Below, one piece after another: positions 1 to 12,424 of a stretch of DNA of 64,000 nt; the stretch's first letter is position 1; every line of letters starts with the position of its first letter. Below the pieces are notes generated by a model. The model did no database searches. It saw nothing but the letters and a program-made list of their open reading frames with translations, and had not been told where the DNA came from. The DNA lies in contig CM075990.1 in NCBI GenBank assembly GCA_038087875.1, positions 3,040,001 through 3,104,000 of the forward strand, in the 5' to 3' direction. A program made the position numbers and the translations under genes. This stretch comes from Malacoraja senta. Its lineage: Eukaryota.

Positions 1-150
1 AACCTACAAGCTCACGCGTCTTTGGAGTGTGGGAAGAAACTGGAGCACCCGGAGAAAACCCACGAGGTCACGGGGAGAACGTACAAACTCGTACAGGCAA
101 CACCTGTAGTCAGGATCGAACCCGGGTCTCTGGTGTAAGGTATCAACTCT
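1..150 (-). mobile_element. HE1-like tRNA-derived V-SINE, partial
   Basis: Reverse complement of the SINE head (B-box GGTTCGATCC) and V-domain seen in the other copies. Confidence 0.85.
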
Positions 151-638
151 ATCTGTTTGGATAGTGAAAGCCTCTGCCTAACAAAGCGATATTGGAGACC
201 ACACTGGCGGTCAGACATGCACATGCCTGGGAAAGCCATTTTAGTTTGCAGCCACAGTATAGAGTCCCTTGATACTGGAATGCATCCACCATAACCTATC
301 TTACACCAGCGACAAGCCATAAGGAATGTAATTGGCTGTAAAACACATTGGGATCATCAGCGCTCATGAAGGAGTCTATATTCATTTTATTAATGTTTTA
401 TTAAGAGACGTTGCTTGTTTCTTTGCATATTTCATTGGAATTTACTCCTATCTATTGTATTTTAAATATAACACTGGGATCAATCCATGAATACAATTTG
501 CTGGAAATTTGTAAGTAATGCTTAATTTCTTGAGATTCAGATTATGTTCTTGAAAATTATTCTGTAAGTTTATTTCAGGCAATAGGTGGAGTCAGACAGC
601 ACGGAAACAGGCCTTTCAGCCCATCAAGCCTGCGCCAA

Positions 639-929
639 GGTGGCACGGTGACATAGCGGTAAAGTTGCTGCCTTATAGCAAGTTCGATCCTGACTACAGG
701 TGCTGTCTGTGCGGAGTTTGTACGTTCTCCCCGTGACCTGCGTGGGGTTTCTCCGACATCTTCGGTTTCCTCCAACACTCCAAAGACGTACCGGTTTGTT
801 GGTATAAGTGTAAATTGTCCCTAGTGTGTGTAGGGTAGTGTTAATGTGCGGGGATCGCTGGTCGGTGCGGACACGGTGGGCCGAAGGGCCTGTTTCCACA
901 CTGTATCTCTAAACTAAACTAAACTAAAC
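639..929 (+). mobile_element. HE1-like V-SINE, near full length (representative of ~30 copies in the window)
   Basis: tRNA-like head with A/B boxes, V-domain (ggtgctgtctgt..gagtttgtacgttctccccgtgacc), CR1-like tail gggccgaagggcctgtttcc and (TAAAC)n end. Confidence 0.9.
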
Positions 930-976
930 CTGCCCATTTACACCCATTCCATTCTCCATCATACGCCTACATGTAA

Positions 977-1085
977 GGGGCCAAATGGCTTACCACAACA
1001 CCTCTTATGGACGTGGAAATAAACCAGACCACTGGGTTGAAGGAAAGAGCGTTCACGTCGCGGCCCTGTTTCCACCAATCTTTCC
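977..1085 (+). ncRNA. Predicted HDV/CPEB3-like self-cleaving ribozyme with long J1/2
   Basis: P1 GGGGCC(977-982)/GGCCCT(1062-1067); P2 GGAAAGA(1042-1048)/TCTTTCC(1079-1085); P3 GCG/CGC around L3 TTCACGT(1052-1058); G1068 for P1.1; J4/2 C1075-CAA. Confidence 0.8.
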
Positions 1086-1220
1086 ACCACCACGCACAAG
1101 AAGCACAAGAAGCGCAAGAAGCGCAAGACGCCATTGTACGCAGATGCCGAGAAGTGCGATCAGCTCTGGCTGAACAACTTCTAATCTTGTGTGTGGACTC
1201 GAAGAAGAAGAAGAAGAAGA
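977..1220 (+). mobile_element. Short non-autonomous (GAA)n-tailed retroelement, Vingi/Ingi-like, with 5' HDV-like ribozyme
   Basis: Starts with ribozyme P1 GGGGCC; 3' part reads LYADAEKCDQLWLNNF* (1134-1184), resembling a LINE ORF C-terminus; ends in (GAA)n 1201-1220; no clear TSD. Confidence 0.7.
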
Positions 1221-1776
1221 CCAGAGCACTCAAAGGAAACTCAGGCAGTCACTGCGTTAACGTGCAAACTCCACACAAACAGCAGCCATGGTCAGGACTG
1301 AACCTGGTTTGCCAAGCTCTGAGGCAGCGGCTTCCTCTGGCAGCTCATTCCAGTTGGGGACTACACTCTGGGTGAAAACGTTGCCCCTGAAGTCCCTCTT
1401 AAATCTCTCCCCTCTCACCTTAAACCTGTGCCCTCTAAATTGTGAATACTCTACGCTGGAAGAAACACTGTGAGCGTTCACTTTATTCATGACTCTCACG
1501 GTTTTGTATCGGAAGGAACTGCAGATGCTGGTTTACGCTGAAGATACACACTGGAATAACTCAGCGGGTCAGGCAGCATCTCTGAAGAAAACGAATAGGT
1601 GGCGTTTCGGGTCATGACCCTTCTTTCTTAGTCTTCTCCAGAGATGTTGGCTGACCCGTTAAATCCCTCACGATCTTGTACACCTCAATAAGGTCACACC
1701 TCAGCCTCCAAAGCTTCAAAGATAAGGTCCCAGCCTATCCAACCTCTTCCTACAACACAAGCCTGCAAGCTGAGGC

Positions 1777-2345
1777 TCTATAAGGTGCTGGTCAGGCCAC
1801 ATTTGGAGTACTTTGAGCAAATATTGCCCCCATATCTGAGGAAGGATGTACTGACTCTGGAGAGGGTCCAAAGGATGTTTACAAGAATGATTCCAGGAAT
1901 GAGTGGGTTAGCACATGATGAGTGTTTAACGGCACTGGGCCACAACTCGTTGGAGTTTAGAAGGTTGAGGGGGGACCTCATTGAAACGTACAAAATAATG
2001 AAAGGCGTAGATAGAGTGGATGTGGAGAGGATGTTTCCACTGGTGGGAGAGTCTATCACCAGAGGTCACAGCCTCAGAATTAAAGGGCGCTCTTTTAGAA
2101 AGGAGGTGCGGGAGGAACTTCTTTAGTCAGAGGGTAGATAATCTGTGGAACTCATTGCCACAGAGGGCTGTGGAGGCCAAGTCAGTGGATATTTTTAAGG
2201 AAAATTCTTGATTAGAACGGGTGTCAAGGGTTGTGGGGAGAAGTCAGGAAAATGGGATTAGGAGGCAGCGATCAGCCATGATTGAATGGCGGAGTGGACT
2301 TGATGGGCCGAATGGCCTAATTTTTTATCCTATAACTTGGAACTC
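1777..2345 (+). mobile_element. CR1 LINE 3' fragment
   Basis: ORF 1785-2126 with LVRPHLEY, LERVQRMFTRMIPG, RRLRGDLIETYKI, TRGHSLRI; CR1 3'UTR follows. Confidence 0.9.
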
Positions 2346-2605
2346 GTGAAGCTCAGGTAACATCTTGGTAAATCTCCGCTGCACCCATTCCAGCAGAGAT
2401 AGTACACTTTATTCCTGGCGTAGTTGGTTATACTGATGACTAATGCCGGCAAATGACATTGACTATCAAACTGACTGTGTGAGTAAAAGGGAATCTAACC
2501 AATGGTCCCAATTGCAATTGTAATCAGACTTGTGCACTGCATGCCCACCTGCTTGGGGCCTGGCTCTGTTGCCTTCCAGTGTCAGACACCCTGCCTACTT
2601 TTCGT

Positions 2606-2897
2606 TTAGAGATACAGTACCGAAACAGGCCCTTCGGCCCAGAGAATCCGCGCCGACCAGCGATCCCCGCACACTAACACCATCCCACACACTAGGGACA
2701 ATTTGCAACTTTCAGAAGCCAATTGGCCGACAAACCTGCACGTCTTTGGAGTGTGGGAGGAAACCGGAGCACCCGGAGAAAACCCCCGCAGGTCACGGGG
2801 AGAACGTACAAACTCCGTACGGACAGCACCCGTAGTCAGGATCGAACCTGGGTCTCTGGTAATGTAAGGCAGCAACTCTACCGCTGAGCCACCGTGC
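2606..2897 (-). mobile_element. HE1-like V-SINE
   Basis: Full reverse-complement copy of the SINE. Confidence 0.88.
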
Positions 2898-3837
2898 AGC
2901 CTTTAAACGTGGAGTCTCCACTTGAATGAATGTGTGAGGTGAGAGCTGGAGGGCAGCCAAGCATCTACGCTGGTCACTATGTTCTAGAATTGGTGAGCTT
3001 GGAGCCATCAGGCAGCAGAGCGCAGTGCTGCAGCGGGTGGAGCTGCTGCCTCACAGCACCAGAGAACCACCTTCGACCCTGACCTCGGGTGTTGTCTGGT
3101 GGGATTCTTCCGGTTTCCTTCCACATCGCAAAGATGGCCTTCTGTAAATTGTCCCTCGTGTGTAGGGAGTGGATGAGATAGTGGGATAGCATAGAACTAG
3201 TGTGAATGGGCGATTGATGGTCCGCATGGACTCGGTGGGCCGAAGGGCCTGTTGTCCACGCTGTATCTTGCAATCGATCAAACATCTAGGGTGAGGAAGG
3301 TAAGATGAAAAATTACTTAGCGTAACATGTCCAAAAAGTTCATAAACTGATGGTACTGTTCTTAAAGACATAGGGGTTGTAGGTTCAATGGCACTATGAA
3401 TTGCCCCCAGTGTGTAGGGAGTGGATGAGAAAGTGGGATAGCATACAATTAGTGTGAATGGGTGATCGATGGTTGGCATGGACTCGAAGGGCTGAAGGGC
3501 CTGTTTCCATGCTGTATCACGGAACTCAACTAAAAACTAAAAGATCTTTCCACCTTAACCAGCGACAGCATCTTCTGATCCGTGCGACCACAGGTTTAAG
3601 CTTCACAGTGCAATGTTTATTCCTTATCTATGATCTAGGATGATATGAAATGCAGTATGGAGAGAATTCAGCATTGAGGATGAGTTTACACTTTAGACTT
3701 GAGAGATACAACCCCGTGAACGGGCCCTTCAGCCCACCGAGACCATGCCAACCAGTGATCACCTGTACACTAGCACTATCCTACACACCAGGGACAATTT
3801 ACAGAAGCCATATGACCTACCAGCATGCACATCTTTG

Positions 3838-4433
3838 AGGGTATTGCACCGAGGTGTTCCCCTGCAACCTGTTTCTCTCGCGGTTCACAGACTCGCCAGC
3901 CGCCTGCCACTTTTGCGGGATGGAAGAGTCTGTGTACCACGTGTACATGGAGTGCGTGAGGCTGCAGCCCTTGTTTGAATACCTAAAGGGGCTGCTCCTT
4001 GCCTTTCGGCTGCATTTTTCACCCACCATCTTCTTCTTCAGACACCCTGTGCATAGGGGAGAGGGTAGGGCTGAAGATGTCCTGGTTGGGTTGCTCCTGG
4101 GCCTGGCCAAGCTGGCCATCCGCGAGTCACGGCGCCAGGCGGAAGAGGGCTCTGCCCGAGCCGGCTGCCTGCCCCTTTTCCGGGGTTACGTCCGTACCCG
4201 GGTGGGGTTAGAAAGGGAATACGCCCTGTCCACGGGCAACCTGGGGGAGTTCCGGGACCGCTGGGCTCCGCAGGGTGTTGAATGTATCCTCAATAAGGAT
4301 TGTACCATAGTTGTATAGAAGGCTATTATGGATATATGTTTGTATTGTATTATGGTGGCGGGTTCTGGCTTGGTTTAGTTTAGTGTAAATATTATTTTTA
4401 ATAATTGAATACATTTTTTGATTAAAAAAAAAA
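3838..4433 (+). mobile_element. Tx1/L1-clade LINE 3' fragment inserted in a minus-strand V-SINE
   Basis: ORF 3854-4318 with CCHC knuckle CHFCGMEESVYHVYMEC; poly(A) from 4424; 16-bp TSD agcatgcac(a/g)tctttg at 3822-3837 and 4434-4449. Confidence 0.85.
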
Positions 4434-5166
4434 AGCATGCACGTCTTTGGAGTGCGGGAGGAAACCGGAGATACGGAGAAACCCCACACGGTCACGGGGA
4501 GAACGTACCAACTCCATACACACAGCACCCATGGTCAGGATCGAACCTGGGTCTCTGGCGCCGTGAGGCAGCAACTCTACCGCTGCACCACCGTGCCGCC
4601 TGTGGCAAGTGTGGCAGGTAATATGTGGACGCAGGCGAGGGGGGGGGGGGGGGGTGGGGTTGCAACCCAGGGTGTTCTCGTAAACAAGCTTCCTATTACC
4701 ATTTCCAATCCATGTCCCTTGAGTTGTTAAACCAAAACCGTACTTGGAGCAGCTACTGGGGTTTGCTCTGGCCAGTATTCATCGCTCATCCGAAGAAGGG
4801 TCCCTGTCCATTCCCTCCACAGATGCTGCCTGACCCATTGACTTACTCCGGCAGTTTGTGTTTTGAACAACTTTGGATTATCCACTCATTATTTGATTGC
4901 TATCTGTGGGGTAACTTGGATTGTACAGTTGTCCTTACAATAGTGGACTATTTCTCTGGAGCGTCACAAGTCAAAGGGAGTTATGAGGGGCACAGACAGG
5001 GTAGACATTCAGAACCTTTTCCCCAGAGTGGAAATGCCCAACACTAGAGGGCGTAGATATAAGGTAAGAGGGTGAAAGTGTAATGGAGACGTGCGGGGCA
5101 AGTTGTTTACTCAGGGAACACATTGCCGAGGTTGGTGGTGGAGGCAGATACGATAGTGGTGTTTAA

Positions 5167-5631
5167 AGGGCCTGTCCCACTTAGGTGATTATTTAGGCGA
5201 CTGCCAGCAACTAGACTGTCGCCTCACGGTCACCAGGGCGTCTGCCTGCGACTAGGCTGTCGCCTCACGGTCGTGAGTCGTCTCCTCAAGCGCCCAAGGA
5301 GTTGTAGCGTTTTTCTGGTGGCCGCTGGATTTTGAAATGTTCAAAACTTTTCGGCCACAGTCGCCAGCCGTGGGCTTGTCCTAGCTTGTCTTCTCCGGAT
5401 GTCGGTGATGTCGTAGGTTGTCGCCAGGATGTCGTAGGTTGTCGCCAGGTGACATAGGTTGTCGCCGGTACTGACTTCGGTGAATTCCATTGTCATAGTC
5501 ACCGGCAGTCGCCTAAAAAATTGCCTAAGTGGGACAGGCCCATTAGTCCAGTCGCTGGTTTTTCGACGACCAGCTATGACTATGACAGTCGCTGGCAGTC
5601 GCCTAATAAATCGCCTAGTGGGACAGGCCCT
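5167..5631. mobile_element. PIF/Harbinger-type MITE inserted in a CR1 3' end
   Basis: TIRs AGGGCCTGTCCCACT / AGTGGGACAGGCCCT; TAA TSD at 5164-5166 and 5632-5634; extra internal TIR ~5527-5541. Confidence 0.85.
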
Positions 5632-5931
5632 TAAGAGGCTTTTAGATAGGCATATGGAAGTGAAGGGAAAAGAGGGGTATGGATCACATACAGGCAGAGG
5701 AGATCAATTTTTCTAGGCATCATGTTCGGGACAAACATTGTGGGCTGAAGGGACAGTTCCTGTCTTGTACTGTTCTATGCTCTACGTAATAGTATTGGCT
5801 ACAGGTGCAGGTTACACTGGGATATCCAATGGTTATGGAAGGTGCTGCAGTAAAACAGGTCTACATTTCACACGTGTTCCCTTTGTACCATGAATTATGC
5901 AGGAACAGTTTGTAGCTTTAAGTAAAGACAA

Positions 5932-6226
5932 GGGCGGCACAGTGACGCAGCGGTAGAGTTGCTGCCTTACAGCGCCAGAGACACCGGGTTCGATCCTGAC
6001 TACGGGTGCAGCATGTACGGAATTTTTACATCCCCCCGTGACCTGAGTGGGTTTCCTCCCACACTCCAAAGACGTACAGGTTTGTAGGCTAAATAGCCTG
6101 GTAACATTGTAAATTGTCCCTAGTGGGTGTAGGATAGTGTTAGTGTGCGGGGATCGCTGGTCGGCGCCGACTCGGTGGGCCGAAGGGCCTGTTTCTGCAC
6201 TGTATCTCTAAACTAAACTAAACTAA
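5932..6226 (+). mobile_element. HE1-like V-SINE
   Basis: Head, V-domain and (TAAAC)n tail all present. Confidence 0.88.
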
Positions 6227-6782
6227 CAAGCTCCTTTACAGCAGTCTGTGTTACAGAAATTCACAGCTACCGAAAAAATCAGGAATACAGAATAAAAATT
6301 CACTGAAATTTAAGTGAAAAAAATCTTTTCAACTCCCTTGTCACATGTGCAGATGATATGGCTTTGCCTTATGGAAAATCACAACACAGATTATTTCCCC
6401 GCAAACTAACCCTCTTCTATTGCAGGGGCCACCTGTACTTACGAAAGGATAGATTGTAGAAGTAAAGACTATTTTTGTACTGGTACACGCATGTGCATTC
6501 TGGTTACGTATGGACATCAGGTACACAATGAATCTTACGGGGGAAACCTTCACAGTGTTTTGCTACTCTACTCCAAAGACATACAGTTTTCGGTCCTGAC
6601 CACGGGTGCTGTCTGTACGGAGTTTGTACGTTCTCCCTGTAACCTCGTGGGTTTTCTCAAGGTGCTCCGGTTTCCCCCCACACACCAAAGACGTACAAGT
6701 TTGTAGGTTAATTGGCTTTGGTAAAAATTGTAAATTGCCCCTTGTGTGTAGGATAGTGCCACTGTATGGGGATCGCTGGTCA

Positions 6783-7835
6783 GCGTGGCAGGCAGTGACT
6801 AGTGGGGTACCGCAAGGCTCGGTGCTGGGACCGCAGCTATTTACAATATACATCAATGATTTGGATGAAGGGATTCAAAGTAACATTAGCAAATTTACAG
6901 ATGACACAAAGCTGGGTGGCAGTGTGAACTGTGAGGAAGATGCTATGAGAATGCAGGGTGACTTGGACAGGTTGGGGGAGTGGACAGATGCATGGCAGAT
7001 GAAGTTTAATGCGGAAAAATGTGAGGTTATCCACTTTGGTAGCAAAAACAGGAAGGCAGATTACTATCTAATGGCGTCAAGTTGGGAAAAGGGGAAGTAC
7101 AACATGATCTGGGTGTCCTTGTTCATCGGTCAATGAAAGTAAGCATGCAGGTACAGCAAGCAGTGAAGAAAGCGAATGACATGTTGGCCTTCATATCAAG
7201 AGTAGTTGAGTATAGGAGCAAAGAGGTCCTTATGCAGTTGACCAGAGCCCTAGTGAGACCACACCTGGAGTATTGTGTGCAGTTTTGGTCCCCTAATTTG
7301 AGGAAGGACATTCTTGCTATTGAGGGAGTGCAGCGTAGGTTTACAAGGTTAATTCCCGGGATGGCGGGACTGTCATATGCTGAGAGAATGGAGCAGCTGG
7401 GCTTGTGCACTCTGGAGTTTAGAAGGATGAGAGGGCATCTCATTGAAACATATAAGATTGTTAAGGGTTTGGACACGTTAAAGGCAGGAAACATGTTCCC
7501 GACGTTGGGGGAGTCCAGAACCAGGGGCCACAGTTTAAGAATAAGGAGTAAGCCATTTAGAACGGAGACGAGGAAACACTTTTTCTCACAGAGAGTGGTG
7601 AGTCTGTGGAATTCTCTGCCTCAGAGGGCGGTGGAGGCATGTTCTTTGGATGCTTTCAAGAGAGAGCTAGATAGGGCTTAAAAATAGCAGAGTCAGGGGA
7701 TATGGGGAGAAGGCAGGAACGGGGTACTGATTGGGGATGATCAGTCATGATCACATTGAATGGCAGTGCTGGCTCGAAGGGCCGATGGCCTACTCCTGCA
7801 TCTATTGTCTATTGTCTATTGTCTATTGTCTATTG
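6783..7835 (+). mobile_element. CR1 LINE 3' ~1 kb with RT C-terminal part, frameshifted
   Basis: SGVPQGSVLGPQLFTIYINDL and SKFTDDTKL RT motifs; continues in ORF 7082-7681; (ATTGTCT)n tail 7803-7835. Confidence 0.95.
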
Positions 7836-8009
7836 ACTTGGTGGGCTGAAAGGCCTGCTACCATGCTGTATCTCTAAAGGAGAAGGTAGGAGAATGGGGT
7901 TGAGAGGGAAAGATAGATGAGCCATGATTGAACGGCGATTTAGACTTGATGGTCAAAATGGCCAAAATCTGCTCCTCAAACTTATGAGCCTAAGTCTAAA
8001 GTCTCCATG

Positions 8010-8738
8010 AGTGGGGGGGGGGGGAGGGGGATTGAAAGTGAGATGACAGCGTCTGCTTGAATCGAGAGCGGGTGGCGGAGCTGCGAGCGCAGGGGCATTG
8101 TGACGTCTGCAGCTGCTGATTTAAAGAAAACAGTAAGTTTTGTGAAGGATTTTATTGAAAATGTGTACAGAAAAATGACCAAATTTAATGAGGAGTGGAT
8201 ATGCGAATGTAAAAGTAAAATCTCTAGCGAAATGGTAAAAATCTCGGCGATTTTGCATCTGGTTTTCGCGGAGTAACGAATCAAAGGCAAAATGCCGTAC
8301 ACCCACACACACACACACACACATAGTTTTAAAAGTATAGTAGACCAAGTGCAGACCCGTTGGGTCTGGACCCCGAATGTGCTTCAGACCCCGGGGCGAA
8401 AATCGCTATCGAAAGGAAAGAAATGGCATCGTTTTCGGAGCAGAAGCCGGGCGGCAGCAGCCGTTATGGTGGCTGGCCAGCAGGAGTAGACAAAATGAGT
8501 GAGTGGGGTGGGGGAGAAGGATTTTATTAAAAATGTCTACATAAAGACGACGAAATTAAATCAGGAGCGGATACTTGGAATGAAAAGTGAAATCTCTACC
8601 GAAATGGAAAAAATCTCGGCGTTTCTGCGTGTGGTATTTGGCGTAGCAAGGAATCAAAGGAAGGCTGGCACCCACAAGACAGGCAGAAACACACACAGAA
8701 ATGCACACACACACAGAGTTTTAAATATAGATAGATTA
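8010..8738 (+). repeat. Two tandem related units, possibly a non-autonomous Helitron-like element
   Basis: ~200-bp block 8146-8340 recurs at 8518-8730, each ending (CA)n..gtttta..tag; unit 2 begins TAGACC with hairpin AGACCC-GTT-GGGTCT. Confidence 0.45.
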
Positions 8739-8759
8739 GATATATACACATGCTCAAAA

Positions 8760-9250
8760 AACAGTGCAATAATTATAATTATAATAATAGTCTATTGTAG
8801 TTCAGAGCTTATATGAGGTTGTCATGTTTAATAGCCTGATGGCTGAAGGGAAGAAGCTGTTCCTGAGCCTGGACATTACAGTTTTCAGGCTCCTGTACCT
8901 TCTTCCTGATGGCAATGGTGAAATGAGTGTGTGGCCAGGATGGTGTGGGACTCTGATGATGTTGGCTGCCTTTTTGAGGCAGCGATTCCGATAAATCCTT
9001 TCGATGGTGGGGTGGTCAGAGCCGGTGATGGACTGGGCAGTGGTCACAACTTTTTGCAGTCATTTCCGCTGCCGGATGTTCAAGTTGCCGAACCAGGCCA
9101 CGATGCAACCCGTCAGAATGCTCTCTACTGTGCACCTGTAGAAGTTCAAGAGAATCCTCTTTGACATAGCGAATCTCCGTAATCTTATCAGGAAGTAGAG
9201 GCGCTGATGTGCTTTCCTTATAATTGCATCAGTGTGCTGGGTCCAGGAAG
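8760..9250 (-). mobile_element. Rex-Babar LINE 3' fragment
   Basis: HPGHTLISPLPSGRRYRSL..SFFPSAIRLLN motif. Confidence 0.85.
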
Positions 9251-10194
9251 GATCTTTGAACCTCTCCCATCAGGCAAGAGGTACAGAAGTGTGAAAATGC
9301 TCACCTCCAGATTTAGAGACAGTTTCTTCCCAGCTGTAATCAGGCAACTGAACCATCCTACCACAAACTAGTGAGCGGTCCTGAGCTACAATCTACCTCT
9401 TTGGAGACCCTTGGACTATCTTCAATCGGACTTGACTGGACTTTATCTGGCACTAAACTCTTTCTCTTTCTCTTTATCATGTATCTGTACACTGTGAATG
9501 GCTGGATTGTCATCATGTATACATAATGCAGGCATGGTGGCATAGTGGTAGAGTTGCTGTCTTACAGCGCCAGAGACCAGGGTTCGATCCTGACTACAGT
9601 GGCGCCTGTACAGAGTTTGTACGTTCTCCCCACGACTGTGTGGGTTTTCTCTGGGAGCTCCGGTTACCTCCCACACTCCAAAGACGGACAGGCTTGTAGG
9701 TTAATTGGCTTGGTATGATTGTAAATTGTCCCTAGTGTGTGTTGGATAATGCTAGTGGATGGAGATTGCTGGTCAACACAGAACAGGTGGGTCGAAGGGC
9801 CTTTTTCCACACTGTATCTCCAAACTAAAGTAAACTATTGTCTTTCCCGCTGAGTGTTTCGCACGCAACAAAAGCTTTTGCTGTACACATACAGGTGACA
9901 ATAAACTAAACTGAAATTGTGTTTGAATGTATTCATGTGGGGAGTGCCATCTGATTTGATTGTATATCATGCAATCAAAAGCCTTTCACTGTAAGTGTGA
10001 CAATAATAAACCTGAACCTAACCCTAATTGTCATTCCACTTCTCAACAGATTATGTCACCCATTCCTTCTCTCCAGAGATGCTGCCTGTCCCGCTGAGTT
10101 ACACCAACATTTTGTGCCTACCTTCGGTGTAAACCAGCATCTGCAGTCCCTTCCGACACCATCCAGCTCAGCTCAGTTCCGTTCAATAGAATAT

Positions 10195-10790
10195 AGACAA
10201 TAGACAACAGGTGCAGGAGCAGGCCATTCGGCCCTTCGAGCCAGCACCGCCATTCAATGTGATCATGGCTGATCATCCCCAATCAGTACCCCGTTCCTGC
10301 CTTCTCCCCTGACTTCACTATTTTTAAGAGCCCCATCTAGCTCTCTCTTGAAAGCATCCAGAGAACCTGCCTCCACTGCCCTCTGAGGCAGTGAATTCCA
10401 CATTCAGTTTAGTTCACAAGTTATAGGAGCAGAATTAGGCAATTCGGCCCACCCCGCCATTCAATCATGGCTGATCTCTGCCTCCTAATCCCATTCTCCT
10501 GCCTTCTCCCCATAACCCTTGAGACCCCCGTTCTAATCGAGAATTTGTCTGTCTCTGCCTTTAAAATATCCACTGACGGCCTCCACAGCCCTCTGTGGCA
10601 ATGAGTTCCATAGATTAACTACCCACTGACTAAAGAAGTTCCTCCTCACCTCCTTTCTAAAAGAGCGCACTTTAATTCTGAGGCCATGACCTCTGGTCCT
10701 AGACTATCCCACCAGTGGAAACATCCTCCTCACATCCACTGTATCTATGCCTTTCATTATTCTGTAAGTTTCAATGAGGCCCCCCCTCAA
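10195..10790 (-). mobile_element. Two adjacent CR1 3' fragments
   Basis: (AGACAAT)n tail and CR1 3'UTR/ORF end in reverse. Confidence 0.8.
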
Positions 10791-10797
10791 CCTTCTG

Positions 10798-10893
10798 CTC
10801 GGCTCGGCTTGGCTCGGCTGGCTTGGCTCAGCTCGGCTTTGCTCGGCTCAGCTCGGCTTTGCTCGGTTCGGCTCAGCTCGGCTTGGCTCAGCT
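10798..10893. repeat. (GCTCG/GCTTG)n pentanucleotide microsatellite
   Basis: Direct reading. Confidence 0.9.
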
Positions 10894-11543
10894 CACACCC
10901 ACTGGGTACGAGATCCCTAATTTGTTTCCTCATCCTAAACCCTAAAGCTCAGTTGCAGCTGCATCCAATCTATGAAGTTGAACCATGACAAGATCTGACA
11001 TTGATTTTTGTACTTTCCCAAATGAGACAGGGCAGCGGATCACAGAAGCTGTCTTCCCTTGACAACCCCCTCACCTCCTCTGTCCCGTCCCTTTGACTGA
11101 TGCTCTTTAAATAATATCCATCAAAAACTTTCACTCTCTCCAAAACACTCCTGCTACGAGTGCTTTTCTAGACAATATTTAAGCCTTATTAACCCAATTA
11201 CTTTTGCAGGCAGTGATTAGGTCTGTGAAGCCACTGATGGAGAGGTTTCAATTTTCACGAAAACTCACCCATTAATCTCTGGGATTCAAATGTCCCCGTT
11301 TTAATACGCTGCTGGCCAGCTGACTCTAATGTATTGCTGGATCCTAAACCTCAAACTCTCGTTAGGAAGAAATTAAAAGGCACTCAATTTCCCCTAATAT
11401 TCCTCTGTAGGTTTTCGTCCACCTGTGACTAAGGCATTGATAATTATGGCATTTTAGTGGCTCTGCTGTTAAGCTTTCTCAATTAATTTGGGACCAATAT
11501 TTTTGTCTGAAGCTGTCTAGATCTCTCGATAATTAATGACCAT

Positions 11544-12424
<881 letters not shown>

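Noticed and set aside
639..710. tRNA-like sequences with A/B boxes
   Set aside because: SINE heads continuous with the V-domain, not tRNA genes
1007..1375. 122-aa ORF with AQE repeats and poly-K
   Set aside because: Reads through the ribozyme-headed element, its 9-bp tandem repeat and the GAA tail
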